The notes under the pieces: model-generated
What the model saw: only the letters and a program-made list of their open reading frames with translations
Told to the model about the DNA's origin: nothing
The model's database searches: none
NCBI GenBank assembly: GCA_001275005.1
Contig: JWZX01002572.1
Coordinates: 1 to 40,994, forward strand
DNA length: 40,994 nt
Origin: Chrysochromulina tobinii
Lineage: Eukaryota
Direction: 5' to 3'
Part shown: one piece after another, positions 9,340-18,300 of the stretch
How positions within the stretch are numbered: the stretch's first letter is position 1
How the letters are laid out: every line of letters begins with the position of its first letter
Program-made: the position numbers and the translations under genes

Positions 9340-12300
9340 ATGCTACGCATCGTGGACATCGACCAGGCTTCGAAGCCCGCCGCGGCCGACGCCGACGGCA
9401 CTGCCACGCCACTCTCGGTGGAGGCGCAGGAAACGGCCAACCATCAGCTCTACGAGGATGCGCTCGAGCTCAAGCTGGCAGGCAACATTATGGCGGCGAC
9501 CGCGGCATACCAACGGCTGCTCGCACAGGAATTGATTGCAAGCGCCGATGTGCACGAGAGTGCGACTCTGGAGCCCTCGCAGCCTCAGCGTCCGGCGCTG
9601 CACCTCAAGTTCCTCGCCCTGCGTAACCTCGCCGAGCTGCATGAAAAGGAGGGCAAGCTGCAGAGTGCCCTCGACTGCCTGCTGGTAGCGGTGCGCCTGC
9701 AGGATCGCGACGCGCTGGTGTGGCAGCGGCTCGGGTCACTCGCCGTGCGCACAGGCCGGCCACACCTGGGTCGGCTTGCGCTCGAGCAGGCGGTCGAATG
9801 CAGCCCGCACAATCAGCTGGCGGCACTGCGGCTGCGTGAGCTGCTCACCTCCCTCGGGGACCGCTCGGCGCTCGCACAGCTGCATGCGCGCGCGGTGCGC
9901 TCGCTCCCCCACCTCGCGCCCCATCTGACGCCGCCACCACCGCCCTCGCTCTCGCACGTCCTTGCCCTGACACCGCCCTCGGACGACGCCGACGCCGACG
10001 CCACGGTGGACACCCATGCGGACGACGCGGACGCGGACGTACCGCGACGCCCGAAGCGGCAGCGCGCTGACCATTGCCCCACCCTCGTGGTGCGCCTGCC
10101 GGAGGCTTCATGGGCGGCGGTGGCCAGTGCGCTTGTTGACACGTGGCGACGCCTCACCACAGACACCATTTCCACAGACACCACTTTCGGCGGCGCCGCG
10201 CCCGACGCCGGCACGTACATCCGTGCCTCTCTGGCGGCGCCGCCGCTGCCGTCGCTCGGCCGCCGAATCTCCCTCGTGCCACCGCCACCGGCCGCCGTCG
10301 TTGCACCGCCACCTGCGCCCGCGGCGCCGCCGGCGGAGGCCGTCGCAGTGGACGACGTGGAAATGATCGATGGCCGAGCAGCGCCTCGCGTCTCGTTAAT
10401 GATCGATGCCCCAGCAGCGCCTAGCGTCTCGGCCGGCGACAACACCCAGATCGATGCGGCACCGACGCTCGCGCCTGCCACCGCTTCCGACGCGTCCCTC
10501 AGCATCGTCGCCGCACCGGAGCCTGAGACCGACCCTGACTATGATGAGGCGCTGGGGGCGGCGGTGGCAGCGGCGGCGATAGAGGAGGCGTTGCAAGCGA
10601 GCGGGTCGCACCGGGTCGCAGCGAGCGTCTCGCGCAAGTCGAGCCGCGTCGACCCTCGCAAAACGTCGCCGCTCGACGTGCTGGCATGCGCTGACCGAGT
10701 GGTGCCGGGTGGTCCGGGGCTCACCTACACGGTGGGCGGCGCGGAGGCAGGGGGCGTCGATGCCGAGCGTGTGCTGCGCGAGGTCGAGATCGACGACGCC
10801 GCGCTCAACCTCACCGGCCCATTTCTGGTGTGCCGGCGCATCGCGCTCTTCCGGAGCGGCCGCGTGGTGGCCGCGGCGGTCTTCGAGCTGCACGCGGCCG
10901 CCAACGTGCTCGAGATCCCCATCTTCGCCTCGTCGCGCGCCCACCGCCAGCAGGGTAACGGCTCCGTGCTGCTCGCGCTGCTCGTCGAGCTCGCCGTGCG
11001 CCACCTGAATGCGAAGGTGCTCGTCGTCTCCGCCACTAATGAGAGCCGGCGCTTCTGGCTGAGCATGGGCCTGCACGTGGCTGCCCACTGCCCGCCGCCC
11101 GTGTCCGCCGCGCTCCGCTACCTCAAGGCGCACGGCTACGTCGCCATGGGCTTCTTCTCCTCGACGACGCAGATGGCGAAGGCTTTACCGCCCGCGGTGA
11201 GCGAGGCTGGAGAGCTCGTTAAGATGGCTTTGCAGCGCGCCGCCTCGAAGACGGCCATTTCGCGCAACGGGCTCTCGGCCGCGCGCGTCGCCGACGTCCT
11301 TGGCTACGCCGACCTCGCCGCCGGCACCCCCTCCTTTGTCCTCGAGCGCGCGAGCGGGGCGCGTGTGCCCCTCGGATATGGCGCAGCGGGCGCATGCCAG
11401 AGCGGGGTGCAGCCGTGGCGGCTGCAGGCCTTCGAGCGGACCGAGGGGGGCGGGGCGGGCGTGGGCGTGAGCGGCTGGGGCGAGCCCGGCTGGGGCGTCC
11501 GCTGCTCCACCGCCCTCGAAAAGGGCCAGGTCGTCGTCGAGGTGACTGGCGAGTGGCTCAACGAGGAGGCACACAAGAACCGCACGGACGTTCGCTTCAT
11601 GCTCCCTCTCGACGACAAGACAGCGCGGCGCGAGGGGTTGGCGCCGACCTTCTTGGACCTGCGCGAGGCGGGCTCACTCGCGCGCCTCGTGTCCGTGTGC
11701 GTCGAGGCGCCCAACCTCGAGCTCCTCCTTATCCCCACAGGGGTGGCCGCGCCCATGCCCGCGCCCCTGAAGCCCGCGCCCATGCCCACGCCGCCACCGC
11801 CCGCCGCTTCGACCGACGGCGCGACGGCGGAGGCGGCTGAGGGCGATGTGCCCATGGCGGATGGCGCGGCGCCGGAGACTGCCTCCTCCTCAGCTGCGGT
11901 GATGCATGCGCTCGATGCAGCGCTCGAGGATGCAACCGTCGTGGCAGCGCCCGCAGCTCCGCCGGCACCGGCGCTGGCGCCTTCGATGCCCATGCAAGTG
12001 CTCACCACGGCGCCGGTGCCTCCGATGCTGGTGCGAGCCTACTTGGTGGCACGTCATGACATTCCTCCTATGGTCGAGTTAACGTGGGCGGGGCCGAGTG
12101 GCCACACGGCTCGCCAGCCCGCGTCCTCGGCACCGCCCGAACCCTCGCGTAAGCAGCCCTCGCGCCCCTCCCGCAAGCGTGCTTCTGCCAAGCTCGAATC
12201 AGACCCACGCACCTCGCCTGCCAAGCGGCTGTCCATCGCGCCACTCCCGCCCGTGCCCAAGCGAGAGCTCTCGCGACTGCTCGCACAGTTTGCATGCATG

Positions 12301-15300
12301 CCTCCCTCGCGAGCAGCGATGCAGCCCAGCCCGATGCGACGTGCCGCCGCGGCCGCGGCCGTGACCGGCCTCGCTGCAGCCACATCCGCTGATCAGACGC
12401 CACCGGCGGCGGCAACTGATGGAGTCGTGAGCACCGTTGTGAGCGCTGCGGAGGAGGCGCTTGTTCGGCGCTGGCTAGCGCGCGCCGAAGTGGGCGCCAA
12501 CAGTGGCATCGTCCACCTCGCCTCCCTCCTTCTCACACACGTCCTCTGCGAGACCGATGACGCCGATGACCCCCATGACGACGCGAAGGACGCGACCGAC
12601 GCGGCCGGTGCACCCAACGGCGAGTTGTCGATGGCGGCAACGTCGCCGGCGGTGGATGGCTTCGGGTGGTTGCTGCGATCGATGCCGGCGGCGCACCGCG
12701 CGCGCCTGGGCAATCGGATCCTCGACCTCGTCGCGCTCATGGACGACGGGCCGTGCCGTGCCCACGGCATGGGGTCCGCCGCGGCTGCGGCCGCCATCGC
12801 CATCGGCGGCGGCAGCTCGGGCTGCGGACGGTGGCCTTTGGCGGTGGCGATGTCGGTGATTGAGCTTCAGATTGCAGCTGCGACGGCGGCGACGGAGAGC
12901 GCACGCTCAGCAGCGGGCGGCGGGCGGGTCTTTGCGGGCGACGGCTTGACAGCGCTGGCCGATCGGCTTGCGGTGATGGTCGCGAGGATGCGATGGTCGC
13001 AGCCGGGGCCATCGACGCCGCGGACGGGCGTGCGGGCAGCGGGGCGGCTGGGCGTGCAGCTGGATGTGCAAGAGGACGAGCAGGCAATGTGCGATCATGT
13101 GCCTGCATCGGCTGCGCGGCTGTGGCTACGGCTAGGCTGGGCGCGTGCTCAGAGCGACGAGCTGCGAGGGCGGGCCGCCGCCTCCATCGACTCGCTGCGC
13201 GCATGCAAGTCGCTCCTCTTGCACGCACCCGCCTTCCTAGGCACCGTGCGTCCAGTGCCGCTGCTAGGGCCTCCGTGTGTCATCGAAGCGTCCATGCTCG
13301 CGGCGGCCGAGGGGCGGCAGGCGGAGCGGCGCTTGCTGCAGGAGGCACATGCGGCGCTGGCGGCGGTGGAGGTGCAGTGTGGCGCGTGCGTCGGTGGCGA
13401 GTGGGTGAGCAAGCTTCGGGTGAAGGACGAGGCGGCAGCAGGCGAGGGCGCACTTCGCTGCTTCGCTGCATGGGAGGAAGCCCTCGCTGCAGCCGCGACC
13501 AAGGCCCGCACGCTGCTTTTCAAGGCTGCCGCCGCCGAGCCAAGCGCCGTGCCGGGCACTGGGCCGGCCGCCGAGTCAAGCTTGGAACCGGGCGCCGAGC
13601 CGGGGTCGTCGACCGCGGCCGCGGTTGCTAGCGGCGCACGTGCCGTCGCAGCGGCGGCGCAGCTGATCGCCTCTGATGACGCCGCGTTGCCTGTCGCGCT
13701 CGCCCTCTTGCATACGTGCTGGGTGGGTGTGTGCACTGCACCACCCGCCGCCGCCCCTACGGCGGATGCGATTGCGCCGGCGGCTGCGCTGGCGCCCTTG
13801 CTTGGCGTGTACGACGACGCGCTGCACGGCGCCCTTGGCGTGTGTGCGCGCGCGGCGGCCCTGCCCGATGAGCCAATCGAGGTGTCGGCCCAGGCTGCAA
13901 GCGCCATGCTGGGCGCTGAGGGTGCGCCGAGCCTCGGGACGCTCGTGTGTGGGGTTCTCGTGCGTCCTCTTGAATGGCGCCTGACAGGCTGGCTGCTGAG
14001 GCTCATGGCGGCGCTCGATGCCTTTCAGCAGCATGAGAGGCGGCGGCTGGGGCGGGTGGGTACGGTCCCTCTGGGTGTGCAGAGCGAAGCGAGCGATGCA
14101 TCGGAGGCGATGGAGGTCGACGGCGCGTACGCGGGCCATGAGGAATCGTGGGCAGGGGCGGTCGAGAGGCTCATGCCGCGTGTGGCGGCGATTGCCGAGT
14201 ACGCGAGCACGGGGCTACCAACCCAGGCTCAGTCAGTTACCCGGCCAATGCTCCACCACGCGCTCACGTGCTTTGGTAAGCTGTGGCTGCTCCGGCCGCG
14301 CCCGTCGGCCGAGGCCCTACTGTTGCTCGAGGGGCTGTGGAAAGCCGCCGCTGCCTTCCACGTCACGTCCACCCCCGTCGTCGACGACGTCAGGCTCGAC
14401 GCTGCCGGTGGTGGCGTGGCAGCGGCGGCGGCACGGGCGGCGCGGGCAACGGCAGGGCGGCGGCAGGTCTGGGAGGCGCCCCTCGCTCAGCTGTGCCTGG
14501 TGACGTCGTTGGCCGAGCTGGAGCGGCTCGAGGCGGCCGGGCAGACCGAACGCGATGCGCCGCGGCTTGAGGAACGCGCCGCCACCGCTACCGCCACCGC
14601 TACCGCCCCCGCTACCGCCCCAGCTGCTGTCCCGGCCGTCGCCTCTGCGCACGGCGCGGACGAGGAAGGGGGGTCGGAGGCAGGTGGCTGCGTGGTCGAT
14701 GACGGCGCGGGCAGAGGTGCGGCGCTGACGCCGGGGGAGCGCGAGCGACGGATGGTGCTGTTCCATGCGCTCGAGGCGGCGGTGCGACATGCCAGGCAGC
14801 TCGAAAAGGCGGGCGACGCGCCGGTGTCTGGCGCGGAGGGGTGGCTGGTGCGATGGAAGCCTCGGGCGCGCAAGAGTGCCGGTGGCGTGAGTGGCGATGC
14901 GTACATGATCTCACCAACCGGCGTTTCGTTCCGCTCGTTTCGTGAGGCGCAGGCGTTCCTTGGGCTGTCGGAGGCAAGTAGCGGTGTCCCCGCAGCTGCT
15001 GCCTCCGCCGACGGAAGCGATGCCTCCGGCTCCACCGCGCTGGCGGCGCTGCCGGCCCCTTCGCTGCCCATCTCGATGACGAAGCCGAACCGCGCCGCCG
15101 CGTCTGTTGAGGGGCGAGCAGGGGCGCCGGCTCCGGGCGCGGCCGACACGACGGCGCATGAGGGGTTGCGAGGCGCGGCCATGGCGGAGCCACACACGAT
15201 GTCAGAGGGGTGGGAGTGCCTGCTACATGCATGCTGCCAGCACCTGTACGGCACACGAGCCGACGCCCTCTCTCCCGCCGTACGCGCCCCTCTCAAACTG

Positions 15301-18300
15301 ATCGACGTCGAGGCCGACAAGGCGCGGCGCGACGAGCGGCGGCGGGCGTTGCAGAGCGAGTCGGTGGCCGAAGGGCATGCGACACTGCTCACCGTGCTCC
15401 TCCGCCTCACACCAGCCCTCCCCGCGCTCCGGGGGGTTCTTGGGTCGCTCGGGTTTGAGGGCGCGTCCCTCCGAGCTTTTGGGGCGACTGCACTTCCGCC
15501 CTCCCTCGCGCGTGCGGTGGCTGAGGCGCGAAATCGGGAGCTCAAGCTTCATCTGCGCCGCTTGATGCCGCCAGAGGTGTGCCCGGCGCCTAAAGGATCT
15601 CTCGTGGCCGAGGGCGAGGGGTCGAGGCTGTGGCTTGTGCCGCCGCCGCTCAGTGCGATGCCGGCGCATGCGCTCAAGCTCCTGAATGCCATCGGAGGCG
15701 CATACAGCCTTCGTACGACCGCCGAGGGCGCGACTGCGGAGGAAGCGGCGGCGTGCGGCAGTGCGGAGGACCGCTCGTTGGGCGGCCAGCTGTGCGCCGC
15801 CCTAGGCGCCACCGAAGCTTCCCTGGCGGAGGCAGAGTGGGCGGCGGCCGTATGTGGAGACTCTGTGCTTCTACGGCTTGATCGCGGCCGGCTCGCGGGT
15901 TCGACTGACGACAAGACGCGCCGCTGGATGAAGCTCCTCAAGTGGTCGATGGCGCTCGTGGCGCAGTCTGTGCGCCTCTGTGCATGGCAGGCGCCCTCGC
16001 CTCTGATCAGCTCCGCCAGCCCCTCGGGCTCCACGCTCGTCGCCGCACCCCCGCGTCCACTGAGCACGCCGCGCCTCTTCGATCGTCCCTGGGAACTGGC
16101 TCTCTCCCTCGGCGTGATGGCTCGCAAGCTGTGGCACCTGCAGCTCGACGCATGCCTTGGCCCGACCGGACCTCTCACCGCCACTTCCGACGACGTCGCG
16201 TATGACGAGCCGATCAGCGTGGCCGAGCCTCGCCCACGGGCCGCAAGGCTGCCCGACTACAGCGAGCGCAAGCTCATGGACTTTAGCGCCGCCGCCGCGA
16301 GTAGCGCTGCAGCCCTCGCGCAGCATTGCCTGCGATGGGTCCTCGCTCAACCCCTTCTCTGCCCGCCGCTCAACACTGAGCCGTCGACGGCTTTGTGTGC
16401 CGAGCCGGCGCCCGCCTCGGCGGCGTCACGCACTCCGCTGGGCACGCCCGTGGGCGTGCGTCTGGCGGCGCGCGCGCGCGAAGAGCTTGCTCTGTGTGTG
16501 CGAACCGAGGCTGGAGTGCTGGTACGCGCGGAGCGGATGCGCGGCGGCGCGGCGCCCATGCTGCCGCTCGTGCTGCGCCCTGAGCGCCATGATAGCAGCG
16601 GCGCGGCGTGGGCGGAGGTGGCGGCGCTGTTGCGGGCGCAGGGGCTCGACACCCTTGTGGGATGTGATCTGCTAGTGCACTGGCCATTAGATCGGCGCTG
16701 GTACCGCTGCCGCGTACTCGCCCACGACGGCGCGCGTGCGGAGGGGCATCATCAGGTGCGTTACGAGGCGGACGGCATGCTCGAGTGGCTTGATCTCGAG
16801 GCGGAGGTGTGGCGACTGTGCCCAGCCTCTCAACAGCCCGCCGCAAATGCTGCTGCCAGTGCTGGCGCCAGTGCTGGCGCCGGCATGCAAACGGCGGACG
16901 CGCTCGCGCCCTCGGCTGAGTGTCTGCTGAGCGGTGCGCGGGGCTCGCTCGCGCGTCGGCTGTACGGCGAGGCGCTCTCTCACACTGGGGCACCCGCGCG
17001 CCTCTGGCTGCGGGAGCTCTCTCTCGCTACACGCCTCGCCGCCGCCGAGCCCGCCGGCACTCCGCGCAGCCAGGCCGCAGCGCTCCACGCCCTCACCGCC
17101 GCACAAGCGAGCCTGCTCGTGCGAGCGATGCGCGCCGACGATGACGCGCGCGCCGCTCCGGACGACGCGTGTTACGGCGCCGACGAAGGCATTGAGGCCG
17201 CCGAGGGCGCTGCTGACTTGCCGTCGGCGACGGCAACGACGACGAGCGGCGACGGCGATGCTGTCGCAAAACTGCGGCTGCTTTTGGAGCGCTTCGGGGT
17301 GGCTGAGACGACCAAACAAGTGCGGGTGGGGTCCGCATCGGCGCGAGCAGCCTATGCGGCGGCAGATTATGCGGTGGACGAGGCCGAGGCGGAGGGTGAC
17401 CTCGATGAGGTCGAGGTCGAGGTGGAGGTCGAGGCAACCGAGCCGGAGCCGGCCTCTGCGGATGCCGCCATGGTGGAGGCGGCCGAGGAGGCGGCCGAAG
17501 AGCCCACCGAGGAGGCGGATGAGGTCATAATGACCGCGTTGGAGGACGACGAGCTGGCCTCCGACACTGCCAACTCGGCCGCCCCCACCGCCGCCGCTCT
17601 CGCGGCAGCCAACATCGTCGCGGCAGCCTCGGCGGCGAAAAGTGGCACTGCCGGTGCTACCGGGTCTGGTACCACGTGTGCCGCCGATACCGCTACCGGT
17701 ACAGGAGCCGCGACGGCGGACATTCTCATCTCCGATTGCGAGGTGGCACTCAATCGCTGCCTGCAGCAAGACCGCTTCCATCACCGCTCACGGCTGCTCC
17801 TCGCTCAGCTTGCGTGGGCGCCCAGGAGGCGCGTGAGCGTGGCACGCGCCCAATGCGAGGCGCTGCTGACCAAGGCGGGTAAGCTTGCCAAGAAGCCGGC
17901 TCTCTGCTGGAATCTCTGGCAATACTCGACCGCCTCGAGTGATGACGAGCGCGAGGGGACCTCACTTCGAGCTTACGAGCTGCACGAGGATGCGATCGAG
18001 CTCGCTCGCCTTTACGCGGCCGTCCTGCTCTCCGACGGCTCTCCGCCGCCGCTGCCGCCGCTCTCGCCCAACGCGCCCGCCGCTGCCATCGCGCCACCGG
18101 CCGCAATGCCACCCGACCCCTCGCGCCCGCTGCTGCTGTTGCGAACGCTTGCAGACTTTGCACTGAACGAGGCGATGCCTTCGCTTCGGCGGCATGTCAT
18201 CAAAGGCTATCTGCACTGCCTGGTCCGTCACGTAGATGCGCACAGCCGCATGCTCGCCGCCCCGCCCCACGAAGCCGCGAGCGACGGCAGCACGGTCAGC

